A stretch of 64,000 nucleotides of DNA from the human T2T-CHM13v2.0 reference genome, Homo sapiens (GCF_009914755.1 NC_060927.1); one strand, 5' to 3'; counted from the first letter of the stretch, positions 1 through 13,172 are shown. Made by a program: numbers and translations. The notes: a model not told the origin generated them from the sequence alone.

Positions 1-191
1 AGCCAGAGTTCTGCTAGTGTGCTTCCTGCCTGGCAGATTGAATCCCAGGTTCCATCCAGGAAGAGGGGGGACCAGGCTCCTCCCCACTGCAAATAGCAAG
101 AGCTTCTGTGGCTCCACCCCAGTGCACACTCCTCCCAGTGAACAGGCTGGTTGGAGTTTTTCTGGGAACCCCTTTGCACTTGGCTGTCTCA
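1..191 (-). mobile_element. ERV1-class LTR 5' part (MER61-like)
   Basis: The reverse complement begins TGAGACAGCCAAGTGCAAAGGGGTTCCC...CACTGGGGTGGAGCCACAGAAG, which I recall as an ERV1 LTR start. Confidence 0.5.
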
Positions 192-565
192 ATACCCAGG
201 GAGAGCCCTGGGACCCTTCCCTGGAAAGAGATTATGCACCCTACCTCCTGAGGTAGGTATTCAGTGCACATCCACCCACCTCCTGGGGGTCACACACCTT
301 CAACTCAGTTCACCACTGTGGCTGTGGATGCTAGGACCCAGTATTTTTTTCTTTTCTTGTTTTCCTTTACATTCAGCTAGAAAACCTTCACCTGTTTAGT
401 CATTCATTCACTAAATATTTATTAACCACTTGCCAGGCATTGGGAATGTAAAAAAGGTAAAACATAAACAAAAACCAAATCCTGTGTTGAAGGTAGACTG
501 AAGGGCTACTCTCTGGAATGCAACAAGGTAGATGATGTCTAGAGAAGACTGCATGACTGCATTTC

Positions 566-1215
<650 letters not shown>

Positions 1216-1419
1216 ATGTAGAAAATTAGTACCAGAAAAGGATACTGTTGCAATGTGCATGGTGCACCTGCCTCTATCATGGTGGCCAGTGTCTTCCTGC
1301 TAGTGTCTTCACCTGAGTTAAGCCAAGCCCTCCTTCCACGTCCCTCATTATGACTTCTCAGTCTTTGATTTGGTCAACCTGAGTCCCCTAAAAAAACAAC
1401 AAAGCCACAAAAATGCTTT

Positions 1420-1737
<318 letters not shown>

Positions 1738-1789
1738 AAAGGTTTCCTTTTGACATGGTACCACCAGCTGGATGTCAGTTTGAGATAAC

Positions 1790-2118
1790 GCTATATAAAA
1801 ACATTTAGGCCATTACATTCAAGGTTAATATTAATATATGAGCTTTTGTTCCTGTCATAGTGTTGTTAGCCTGTTGCTTTGTAGTCTTGATTGTGTAGTT
1901 GCTTTATAGGATTCATGGGATATGTGCTTATGTGTGCTTTTGCAGTAGTGAGTATCATATCATTCTTTTGTTTCCTGGTTTAGAACTCCCTTAAGCATCT
2001 CTTGTAGGGCTGGTCTGGTGATGATTAATTCACTCAGCAATTGCTTGTCTGGGAAATACTTTATTTCTTTTTTGTTTATGAAGCTAGTTTGGTCGGATAT
2101 AAAATTCTTGGCTGGCAC
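1790..2118 (-). mobile_element. Old L1 fragment
   Basis: TTAGAACTCCCTTAAGCATCTCTTGTAGGGCTGGTCTGG matches the antisense end of L1 ORF1 (compare 29920-29970). Confidence 0.75.
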
Positions 2119-2119
2119 T

Positions 2120-2345
2120 CACACTTTACTTTGGACATAGACATTGGACCTGGACCTTGGACCTTGATTTATCCAATTCCTTTGACATACATAACCTTAG
2201 AGCTGGAACTTGGATCTACAACTAAACCTTGGATGTGAATTTGGATCTTAGTTCTGCTCCTTGAACCTCATCCTTGGGCCTGGATTGGGCCAGAACCTTA
2301 AACATGACCTTAGACCTGGACAGTGGTCATGGACTTGACCCATGG
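2120..2345 (+). repeat. Degenerate (TGGACC/TTGGACC)n tandem array, block 1
   Basis: For example TTGGACCTGGACCTTGGACCTTG at ~2145. Same motif family as 8530-9387. Confidence 0.8.
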
Positions 2346-2364
2346 GCTGATAATATTAAGCATC

Positions 2365-3331
2365 TGTATTAGTCTATTCTCACACTGTATAAAGATACTA
2401 CCCAAGACTGGGTAATTTATAAAGGAAAGAAATTTAATTGACTCACAGTTCTGCATGGCTAGGGAGGCCTCAGGAAACTTACAATCATGGTGGAAGGCAA
2501 AGGAGAAGCAAGCACCTTCTTCACAAGGTAGCAGGCAAGAGAGAGCATGTGTAAGGGGAAGAGCCCCTTATAAAACCATCAGATCTCACGAGAATTCACT
2601 CATTATCACAACAACAACATAGAGAAAACTGTCCCCATGATCCAATCACCTCTCTCCCTCAACACATGGTCCCACCCTCAACATGTGGGGATTAAAATTT
2701 GAGATGAGATTCGGGCAGGGACACAGAGCCAAACCATATCATTCCAACACTGCCCCTGCCCCAAATCTCATATCTTTTCACATTTCAAACCCAATCATGC
2801 CTTCCCAACAGTCCCCCAAAGTCTTAACTCATTTCAGCATGAACTCAAAAGTCCACAGTCCAAAGTCTCATCTGAGGCGAGGCTACAAGCCTGTAAAATC
2901 AAAAACAATTTCGTTCCTTCCAAGATACAATGGGGGTACAGGCACTGGGTAGGTACACCAATTCCAAATGGAAGAAATTGGCCAAAGCAAAGGGGCTACA
3001 GGCCCCATGCAAGCCCCAAATCCAGCGGGGCAGTCCTTAAATCTTAAAGCACCAAAAGGATCTCCTTTGTCTTCATGTCTCACACCCAGGGCACACTGAT
3101 ACAAGGGGTGGGCTCCCATGGCTTTGGGCAGCTCCTTCGCAGGCTGGCATTGAGTGCCTGTGGCTATTCTGGGCACACATTGCAAGCTGTCAGTGGATCT
3201 ACAATTCCGGGGGCTGGAGGACAGTGGCCCTTTTCCCACAGCTCCACTAGGCAGTGCCCCAGTGGGGACTCTGTGTGGGGACTCCAACCCCACATTTCCC
3301 TTCCACACTACCCTAGCAGAGGTCCTCCATG
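2365..3331 (-). mobile_element. MST/THE1 MaLR LTR (2365-2741) plus adjacent internal sequence
   Basis: LTR runs TGTATTAGTC...GCCAAACCATATCA. Internal ORF 2883..3335 (VGLESPHRVPTGALPSGAV) is typical of THE1/MST-int. Confidence 0.88.
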
Positions 3332-3434
3332 ACACCTTGATTTCAGATTTCTACCCTCCAGAACTATAAAAGAATAAATTTAAGCTACTCAGTTTGTGGT
3401 ACTTTGTTACAACAGCACTAGGAAACTAATATAG

Positions 3435-5320
3435 TTTATTTTCTGAATTAATTGAAGTGATCATACGTTTGCTTTTGGCTAGTCTGTTAATAAGCTGAAT
3501 TACATTGATCAGTAGAATTTGCAGCAATGTCACTTCTTTTATTCCTGATGTTGGTAATTTGTTATCTGCTATCTTTTTTTTTCAATCTGGTTAGAGAATT
3601 ATTAATTTTATTGATCTTCTCAAAGAACCAGCTTTTGGTTTTGTTGATTTTCATTGCTGATTTCCTGACTTATATTTCATTTGTTTCTTCTCTGATATTT
3701 ATTATTTTCTTTTTTTCTGCTTAAAGTTTAATTTTTTCCTTCTTCTTTTAGGTTATTAATGTGATATCTCAAGTAATTAACTGGAGACTTTCAAATTAAT
3801 GAATTTAGGTGTTTTAGTGATATAAATTTCTCCCTAAATACTGCGTTAGCTGTATCTGACACACTTTGATATATTGTGCTTTCATTTTCATTTAGTTCTA
3901 ACTATATTATAATTTTCTTTATGATTTCTTCTTTTCCCATGTTCTATTTAGGTTCCAAATATTTGGTATTTTTAAGACACCTTTTTGTTATTTATTTTAA
4001 ATTTAATTCCAATGTGGTCAAAGAATATACTTTGTATGATTTAAATTATTCTGAATTTGTCTGGACTTGTTTTATAGCAGAGTGTGGTAGATCTTGGTAA
4101 ATATTCCATGTGCACTAGTAAGAAATATGTATTTCTACTGTTTGGGGGGTGGAATGCCCTATTAATATGAATTACATCAAGTTGTTTGACAATGTTTTTC
4201 AAGTCTTCTATATCCCTGTTAATTTCTTTTATTGAGAGAAGGATGCTGTGATAGACAGAATAGTAGGCTCCAAACATGCCCATGCCCTGCTTCCCAGAAC
4301 TTTTGAATGTATTACTTTACATGGCAAAAGTGACTTTGCAGATGTCATTAAGGTTACAGACCTTGAGATAGGGAGATTATCCTGGATTGTCCAGGTGGGC
4401 CCAGTGTAATCACATGAGCTCTGAGAAGAGCCCTTCTCAGATGTGGTCAGAGGAAAAGGTCAGAGAAATGCAACATTGCTGGCTTTGAAGATGGAGGAGG
4501 GGGAGCATGAGCCAAGGAATACTAATGGCCTCTATAAACTGGGAAAGACAAGGAAATAAATTCTCCCCCAGAGTCTCCAGAAGGTAATGAGGTCCAGAAA
4601 ACTTTCATTTTAACCCAGAGAGACCTGTATCATACTTCTGACTTAAAGAACGTTATAAGATCAGTAAATATACGTTTTTTCAAGCCACTAAGTTTGTGGC
4701 GATTTGTTTCTGCAGCAATAGAAAACTAATACAGTTACAATCTCTATCGTTGTGGATTTGTCTATTTCTCTTTGCAGTTCTCTCAGTTTTTGCTTCATGC
4801 ATTTTGAAGCTCTATTATTAGGAGTATAAATTCTTAGGATCATTTGACCTCTTTGTCATAAAAAAAGATCTTCCTTATCCCTGTTATTAGTCTTTGCTCT
4901 GAACTCAAATTCATCTGATATTACTTCAATTATTTAGCATGGTGTATCTTTTTCCATCTTTTAACTTTAAACCTATTTTTGTCTTTACATTTAAAGAAGT
5001 CTTTTGTAGGCAGATTTTTTTTAATTAATCCAGTTTGGCAATCTCTGCCTTCTAGTTGAGCTGCTTAGATAATTTACATTTAATGTGATTATATAGTTGG
5101 GCTTCTATTTGTTTCATCTGTGCCTTGTGACTCTTTTCTTCTTTTTCTACATTTTTAGATTAAGCGTTTTTATGGTTCGATAGTTATCTCCTTGGTTAGC
5201 TCATTGTTGTGTTACTTTATGTATGATTTGTGGTTTATATATATTTAATTTATCACAGAATAATTTCTGGTGATATTATACCACTTTGCATGCAGTATAG
5301 AACCTTACAATAGAATGCCA
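3435..5320 (-). mobile_element. Old L1M ORF2 fragments interrupted by MLT1
   Basis: T-rich antisense L1 sequence (TTGATCTTCTCAAAGAACCAGCTTTTGGTTTTGTTGA); ORF 4041..4283 resembles the L1 endonuclease. Confidence 0.75.
4247..4733 (+). mobile_element. MLT1D-like solo LTR
   Basis: TGTG...TTACATGGCAAAAGTGACTTTGCAGATGT...GAAAACTAATACA termini. Confidence 0.85.
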
Positions 5321-5479
5321 GTCTGAGGAACTTGGAAAACCACTCCCACAGAGAAACATCCATTAGATTGGTCAAGATTAGCAAATATAATCATTCAAAG
5401 TCTCTGAAGAGTGGCCAAAGGGCTTACAACAAATTGAGAAGCATTTATTTAACAAAATCAGTGGAAACATGGTAAATAA

Positions 5480-6040
5480 TGTAATATAGTAAATAAGGTT
5501 TATGCTGCACAATGGGGGAAGAGGCTATTCCTAGAACCCAGGTAATTCCTACGGACCCTTCAGGGCCACCACGTACAGTGTAAAAGTTCAGAGAAGACTA
5601 CAGTAACTCTATACAAGCAAGGCAATAAGGGTTCAACTCCCTCAGGATGAAGGCTGGACTACCCAACGAGTCAAAATCCATATAAAAGGCTGGTTAAGGC
5701 CATAAGAACATGGAATGGGTGCTAGAAGAAGAAATCCATAAGTGAAAACTATGGCCATTACAGAAACAGACACTGAACCTACCACATTTTCTTCCTAAGG
5801 GGCCATGTATTAATATATAATGATACAATTTAATTTATTTTCCTCATCCCCTCTTCCTTTACATCACTGTTGTATGGAGTCTGATGGTTGTAGATAATCC
5901 TACAATTCAGACCTTAGGTTGTGGAATATTGAAACAAAATAATGACAGAACTACAAGAACAAACATCCATCATGCAGAGATCCAGGATTTTGAAGGGATA
6001 CAGTTACTGATGAAACACTAGGTTAAGCCTTCTTTGGAGG
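5480..6040 (+). mobile_element. Degraded ERVL-class internal fragment
   Basis: Resembles ERVL pol 3'/dUTPase region (CCCTCAGGATGAAGG...GAACATGGAATGGGT). Confidence 0.4.
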
Positions 6041-6046
6041 GGCATA

Positions 6047-8527
6047 CAGTTGACCCTTGAACAATATGGAGGTTAGAGACGTTAACCACTTGCATAGTTG
6101 AAACTCCATATATAACTTTTGACTTCCCCAAAACTTAACTACTAATAGCCTACTATTGACTGGAAGACTTACCAATAACATAAACAGTTGATTAACACAT
6201 ATTCTGTATATGTATTATATACTGTATTTTTATAATACAGTAAGCTACAGAAAAATGTTATTAAGAAAATCATAAGGAAGAGAAAATATATTTGATATTC
6301 ATTAAGTGGAAGTGGATCATCAGGAAGATCTTCATCCTTGTCATCTTCAGGTTGAGTAGGCTAAGGAGGAGGAAGAGAAGAGGTTGGTCTTGCTGTCTCA
6401 GGGAAGCAGGGGAGGAGGAGGTGGAAGGGGAGACAGTGGAGACAAGCACACTTGGTGTAACTTTGTGGAAATACATCATAATTTCTGTCTGACATTTTTG
6501 CTTTTTCATTTCTCTAAAGATGTTTCTATATAGTATCAATTCTTCTTCCATCATTTGCTTTGGTTTCAGTGCCCCATCATAGAAGGGTCTATGTCATCAA
6601 ATAAGTCAAATGCCATCTTGTTTAATCAAAATCCTTCTGCCAGATCATCTATTGTCAATTTGTTTTCTGGCACTGCTTCTTCTATGTCTTCTTCCTCATC
6701 ATCTGACACTGGTTCAGAAGCATTCATCTTCATTAGTCGTCTTCTGTTAATTCCTCTAGTGTAGTGTCTGTCAGCTCTTGAATTTCTCCAACAGCCATAT
6801 CTCTAAACTCTTCATCCTCTACCTTCTTGCCATATCCACAATCTCTTTTATGATTTCCTTGATTGGCTCTGTCATAAATTCTGTGAAATCTTGCACATAT
6901 GGACACAGATTTCTCTAGCAGGAATTTATTGTTTTGGGCTTGATAGATTTCACAGCTTTTACTATGACAACAATGACATTTTCAATGGTGTAATTAATCC
7001 GTCCAGATTTTCTTGAGGTTCTCTTCCATAGCATTGACAATCCTTCCCATAGAATACTATATGTAATGCAACTTAGTTGTCCTTATGCTTGTCTCATCTA
7101 GAAGCTGAATTAGAGACGTTGTGTTGGGGGCAAGTAGACCACTTGGACATCTTCAGTGTTGAACTCATGGGTTCACCCAGAGGTGGCCAAGGAGCATTGT
7201 CTGATAGTGAAATAACTTTAAAATGCAGTCTCTTAATGGCAAGGAACTTCCTGACTTTCAGGGACAAAGCATCAATGGAATCAATCCAGAAAAAGTGTTC
7301 TCATTGTCCAGGCCTTCTTGTTGTACAACCAAAAGACTGGCAGTTGGAGTTTATCTCTTCCCTTCAAGGCTCTAGGGTTAGCAGCTTTACAGATAAGAGC
7401 ACTCCTAATCATAAACCTGATTGCATTTGCACAAAACAGTAGCATTAGCCTATCCCTTCCTGCCCTAAATCCTGGTGCCCACTTCTCTTTCTTACTAATA
7501 AATGCCCTTTGTGGCATTTTTTTTTGTTTTTACAGAATAGAGTACTTTCATCTGCATAAAAACCTATTCAGGCAGATATCCTTTCTCCTCAGTGCTTTTC
7601 GTGATGGTGCCTGGGAAGTTCTCTGCTGCCTCTAAGTTGGCAAAAGCTGCTATTCCTGTTATTTTGACATTTTAAAGGCCAAATCACTTTCTAAAATTAT
7701 CAAATCATCCTTTTTTGCCATTAAATTCTCAGGCTTTAGATCCTTCCTTTTGCTTTAAGTTGTCATATAATGACTTGGTTTTTTCTTGAATCATATTAGA
7801 GTTTATAGGATATGCCTTTTTATAGCAATCCTGCACCCACACAAGAGCTGCATTTTCAACATGAGATAACAACCTGTTTCACAGTAAGTCCAAGGTTTTC
7901 ACACCTGTTGGCACAGCTGGCACGATGACTTCACTATTTTTACAATAGTCCTTACACTGGATTCATTAATTTTAAAATGGTGGGCAGCCAGAGCTGCAGA
8001 CCTCAATCCATGGTGCATATTTTTCGACTTTTTCAATTCAACTTTTTCTTGTAATGTCATGCCTTTTCTCTGCTTTTTAGGAGCACTTCCAGCGTCATTA
8101 GTGGTACTTTGTATGTGTCCCATGGTGTTATTCAAAGTTTATAATGTTGCACTAACCATGATGAAAAATACAGGAGAACTGCAGGAGATCACTTTTTACT
8201 GCAAAATGCAATTTGCTGGAGGGTTGGATTCTTCATGTGAAGGTGCTTAGCATCACACAGTGTTTTAAGCAGATCCTTACAACACTTGAGGTCACTGCAA
8301 CAGCAACAGGAGGTGGTTACGAGATTACTACAGTAATACAGTATGTATCATGGTTAATTTTATGCAGTTATGATTTAATATTGCATCTTTACTTTTGAAT
8401 TTATCCTGACTGTGAATAGCAACATGTGCAGTCTGTGTGTGTAAGTTTTAATAAATTTTAACTTTTTATAATAGATTTGTGTATATTTTATCGTAGTAAA
8501 TGATAAAATAGATGACTATCTACATAC
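6047..8527 (-). mobile_element. Near-full-length Tigger2 DNA transposon with decayed pogo/CENP-B-family transposase
   Basis: TA then TIR CAGTTGACCCTTGAACAA at 6047. Minus-strand ORF remnants SAPKKQRKGMTLQEKVEL...HFKINESSVRTIVK (HTH) and GRDRLMLLFCANA...NPRALKG...NKKAWT (DDE). The other TIR is missing. Confidence 0.9.
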
Positions 8528-8529
8528 TA

Positions 8530-9387
8530 GTCTTGAACCTTCAAATAAAACTTTGAAACTAGAATTAGGATATGGTCCTGGACTTTAAATCTTGGATATG
8601 GACCTCAGACATAAACCTTGAACCTGGACCCCAAGGATAAACTGTGGAACTTTTACCTAGAAATTGGACTATGGCATCAGATCTGGACCTCGGACATAAA
8701 CCTGAACTGACCTTGAATGAAGGCCTTGGAAGTGAACATAAAATCTCCAACCACCATGACACTTGACTTGGATGTTGGAACTTAAGCTATGCTTAGATTT
8801 ATCCAGGACCTCAAACCTGACTTTAGACCTACACCTGGGTATTAGACCTGAAACAATTGACTTGGAATTTGAACCTGTACTATAGATCTTGACCTGAACC
8901 TCAGACATAGACTTGTCCTTGATATCTGGACTTTATACTTTCACCTTAGACTGGGATTTGGCCAGATCATTGGACCTGACCATGGACCTGGACTTTAAAA
9001 ACTGGACCTTAAACCTGGATCTCAGGCCTGAATATGAATCTTGGATCTGGATCTTGGACCTTGCTTTGAAATGCACATAGGACCCAACCTAAGGCATGAA
9101 ACTTTGCTCTTAACTTAGACCATGAAAATGAATTTTGGACCTGGACCTAGACTTTGGCATTGGACCTGGACATTGCACCTAGAACTTACACCTGGCCCTC
9201 AAACCTGGGTAAGAATTTTGGACCTGGATCTTGGACCTTTCTTTGAACTCATATTAGACCTGATCTTGGGCCTGGAACCTGAACTTTGGATGTGGATCTA
9301 GACCATTGGATCCAGGGTACTGAATCTAGGTTTTGGACTTTAGAAATGGATTTTGGACCTTGAACCTAGACCTCAAAACATGGACCT
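8530..9387 (+). repeat. Degenerate (TGGACC/TTGGACC)n tandem array, block 2
   Basis: Continuous 6-7 nt periodicity (GGACCT, GGATCT, GAACCT, AGACCT). Confidence 0.9.
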
Positions 9388-9790
9388 CCCTATTGCTTTG
9401 TAGAAGAAATTATAATGAACATAAGCATTTATAAGCAAAATATCTAAAATTAAAAAAAAAGTCATTCCTCTCAATTACACTGTTGAATTCTAGCAGCATT
9501 TGTGAAAATCAGCTAAGACTCACATAGAGTTCACAAAAGTTCCTATTGCAAGTTAGAGTGAGTTAAAGTGAATCTAAACAATATTTGTGTGAAAAGGTCT
9601 ATTATCACATACTATTATTATCAAAAGTACTTTCTTATTCAAGTTAGAGCCAATTAAGATGAATCAGATAAGTGTGAAAACAAGCAGTTTCCCCAAATAT
9701 ATAAACAAGCCCAGTCTTGTACATTCTTCTCAAAAGTATGTTCTTGCTGAAAATTAAATAAAATCAGGTGTACTTGCTCAATAAGAAAGA
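9388..9790 (+). repeat. AT-rich repeat block A with internal ~80-90 bp repeats
   Basis: Aligns by eye with the reverse complement of 11670-12050. For example GCAGCATTTGTGAAAA...AAAAGTTCCTATTGCAAGTTAGAG...GAATCTAAACAATATTTGT versus GCAGTATTTGTGAAAA...AAAAGTTACTATTGTAAATTAAAG...AAATCCAAACAGTATTTGT. Confidence 0.75.
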
Positions 9791-9794
9791 AAAC

Positions 9795-11662
9795 AAGTTC
9801 AGAATCAGAATCAAAGTTAAAACTTTAGTTCCAACATCAAAATCATGGTCCAAAGTCAAAATAAAAGGTCTAGATCCATGTCCAATTTCTCGTGTATAAG
9901 GTCTGGTCTAACGTCCAATGCAAAGCCAAATCCAAAGTTCAAAGTCCTGGCTCACAGTCTAGATCCAGTTTGAAGTTCTAGGTGTGAGGTCCAAGTCCAA
10001 GGTCCACATCAAAGTTCTCATAGCCATATCCAGAGCCATGTCAGGTTCTGGTCAAGGTCCTATTCTAAGGTCCAGAGCTGAGTTTGGGTCCAAGTTTCCA
10101 GGTTGACTTTGAAGTCCTAATCCCAAGTCCAGTTCCAAGTTGGAGGTCCACATTCAAATGCAAGCTCAATGCAGGTCAAGGTTCATGTCCTGGTAGAAGG
10201 CCCAGATACATGTACAGGCCCATCATCCATGTGCAAGTCCAATTTCCATGTTTAAGCTCAGGTCCAATGTCTAGATCAAAACAAGGTCAAAGATCCAGGC
10301 CAAAGGTCTATATTCAGGTCTAATTTCCAGGTATAAGTTCAGGACAAAGAAGCAAATAAATGTCAAAGTCTGAGGTCAAGGTCCAAACTTTAGATCCAAG
10401 GTCTAAGTTCAAAGCCAAGGTTCAAGGTTCAGGTCTGAGGTTCTGGTCAAGGCCCAAGACTGATTTCCAAGATCCAAGTCCAGTTCCACATCTGAGGTCC
10501 AGATCCAAACGCAGGTTTACTGTAGAAGGGCAAGGACAAGGTCTAAACCTCAGGTCCTGGTCTAGGTTTAACTTAATATGTAAATATTAGATCTAGACTC
10601 AGGTCCAAGATCCAGGTCTACTGGCAAATCCAAGGATATGAAAAAATCCATGACTAAAATTCCAGATTCAAAATTCATATCCTAAGTCAGTTCCAGGTCC
10701 AGGTCAGAATTCCAGATCTGAGGTCCAAATCCAAGTTTAGAAGTCCAGATCTAAGATCCAAAATACAGCTCTAGGTTCCCAGTCTTAATCTAAGACCCAG
10801 GTCCAGTTCAAATCCACATTATAAATCCAAGTTCGTTCAACATCTGAGACCAGATCAAAGTCAGGGTCTAAGTCCAGGTCCAAGGCTCAGGCCCACAGTC
10901 TTGGTTGAGGATCAAGTTTTAGCACCAAGTTTTAAGCAAGATCATGTTCAGGTCCTCCAGGTCTGAGCTCAAAGATCCCAAGGTCAAATGTCAATGCCCA
11001 AGATTCAAGTCCCAAATCCAGGTTCATGACCAAGAATGAGATCTAAAATCAAGTCCCAGCTCATGGAAAAATTCAAATCTAAGTTGAGATCTTATGTTCA
11101 GTCCAAGATCTAAATCCATGTAAATAGTCTAGGCCAAGGCCTAAGGTTTGTGACCAGTTCAAAGTCTGAAGTCCAGACACAAGATTCAGATCCAACAATC
11201 AGGTCCTGATTCAAGATGCTGGCATAAGACCAATGTCTAGGTCTGAGACATATTTCCAGCACAAAGTCCAGGTCCATATTTCCAGTACAAAGTTCAGGTC
11301 CAGGACTTGGTTACTGATCCAAAGTCAGGGTCCATTGCAGAGGTACAAAGTCCAGGTCCAACATCCATATTGATAGTCATGCCCGGGTTTAGGTCTGATG
11401 TTTAGGTCTGAGGTTCAACTTAGAGTTTAGAGATTGAAGTCCAAGGACAAGTCAAGAGCTCATGTCCAGTTTCAAGGCACAGAACCAAATTCAGGTCATG
11501 ATCAGATCAGAGGTATAGGTCCAAGATCCAGCTTCAAAATTAAAGATACTGATCCAATTTCTAAGTCCAAAGAAAATATTTGAATCTAGATCCAAGATTC
11601 ATAAGGACTAGGACAATGCCCAAGGTCTAGGTCCAGTTCCAAGGTCCAGGTTCAAGATCCTG
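9795..11662 (-). repeat. Degenerate (GGTCCA/AAGGTCC)n tandem array, block 3 (reverse complement of blocks 1-2)
   Basis: About 1.9 kb of AGGTCC/AGATCC/AGGTTC/AAGTCC units. Confidence 0.9.
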
Positions 11663-11669
11663 ATACCAA

Positions 11670-12050
11670 AAACTGGTTAGATTCATCTTAATTTGGACAA
11701 ATACTGTTTGGATTTGTTTTAATCTGCTTTAATTTACAATAGTAACTTTTAAGAACACTGTGACTTGGATCTAGTTTTCACAAATACTGCATGGATTCAT
11801 CTTTTGTCTAACTCAAAATAAGAAGTTCCTTTTTAGAGTTATGTGTGATACTTAGCTCATTTTTGCATATTCTACTAAGATTCGTGTCACCAGAGATGAA
11901 TCTGCTGAGAGGAATGCGTGCTTTTCAGATTTTGCTCAGGTAATGTTTAAGTGCCTCACAGATTATTTTACCAAGCAATAAGTTACTTTGGAGAAGAGTG
12001 TTTGAGACTTGTTTACACTAATAATGCTTCATTTTAAAACAACTATACAG
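11670..12050 (-). repeat. AT-rich repeat block A', inverted homolog of 9388-9790
   Basis: The reverse complement shares TATTGCTT..GTA, GCAAAAT, CATTCCTCTCA and GCTAAG..TCACA landmarks with block A. Confidence 0.75.
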
Positions 12051-12151
12051 TTTTCCAGTTCCACCCAAATGAATTGTCCCATTCTCCTTGGTCCTCTCTC
12101 TTACAACTAAAAATCTCTGGACACAAAACAACATAAGCATAAGAAGACTTT

Positions 12152-12288
12152 GGGCTGGGCATGGTAGCACATGCCTGTAATCTTAGAACTTTAGAAGGCC
12201 GAGGAAAGAGGATTGCTTAAGGCCAAGAGTTTGAGAGACCAGCCTGGCCAATATAGCAAAACCCCATCTCTATTTAAAAAAAAAAAAA
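12152..12288 (+). mobile_element. FLAM / Alu left monomer
   Basis: Monomeric Alu plus poly-A. Confidence 0.85.
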
Positions 12289-12878
12289 GTTGGTTCTTCG
12301 AAAGATAAACAAAATTAATAAACTGCCAGCCAGACTAATGAAGAAAAAGAAAAGAAGAGAAAAAATCCAAATAAATAAGATCAGAACTGAAAAAGGAAAT
12401 ATTACAACCGATACCACAGAAACACAAAAGATCACAGACTATTATGAACAACTATATGCTCACTAACTAGAAAATCTATAGGATACGGATAAATTCCTGG
12501 AAACATACAATCTTCCTGATTGAACTAGGAGAAATAGAAACCTTGAACAGACCAATAACAAGATTGAATCAGTAATTTTAAAAATCTTCCCATAAAGAAA
12601 AGCCCAGGACCAGATGGATTAACAGCCAAATTCTACCAAACGTACAAAGAACTAATATCAATCCTCTAGAAACTATTCCCAAAAACGGAGGAGGGAGTTC
12701 TTCCTAACTCATTGTATGAGGCCAGCATCACCGTGATACCAAATCCAGACAAGGACACAACAAAAACAACAAAAAAGAAAACTACACAGATCAATATCCC
12801 TAATGAGCATAGATGTAAAAGTCCTCAAGAAAATACTAGCCAACTGAATCCAATAGCACATCAAAAAGATAATACACA

Positions 12879-13172
12879 GCCAGGTGTGGTGATGCACTCC
12901 TTTAGTCTTAGCTACTTGGGAGCCTGAGGCAGAAGGATTGCTTGAGCTCAGGAGTTTGATACCAGCCTAGGAAACATAGTGAGACCCTATCTCAACAAAA
13001 AATTTAAAAATGAGCTGAGCATGGTGGCATGTGCTTGTAGTCCCAGTTACTTCAGAGGCTGAGACAGGATTGCTTGAGCTCAGGAGGTTAAGGCTGCAGT
13101 GAGCCGTGATCATGCCACTATGCTCCAGTCTCAGGGACAGAGCGAGATCTTGTCTCAAAAAAAAAAAAAAAA
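12879..13172 (+). mobile_element. Alu (AluJ-like)
   Basis: Dimeric Alu plus poly-A. Confidence 0.9.

Noticed and set aside
6270-8250. Intact or domesticated TIGD-like transposase gene
   Set aside because: The Tigger2 ORF is broken by multiple stops and frameshifts.
10084-10590. RS-rich ORFs (RSRSKRR...) suggesting an SR-protein gene or pseudogene
   Set aside because: AGG-TCC repeats translate to Arg-Ser automatically. Frequent 7-mer units shift the frame, the array occurs on both strands, and there is no RRM, poly-A or TSD.
8530-11662. Interstitial telomere or CRISPR-like array
   Set aside because: The unit is GGTCCA-like, not TTAGGG. There are no constant repeats with unique spacers, no cas genes, and the context is mammalian.
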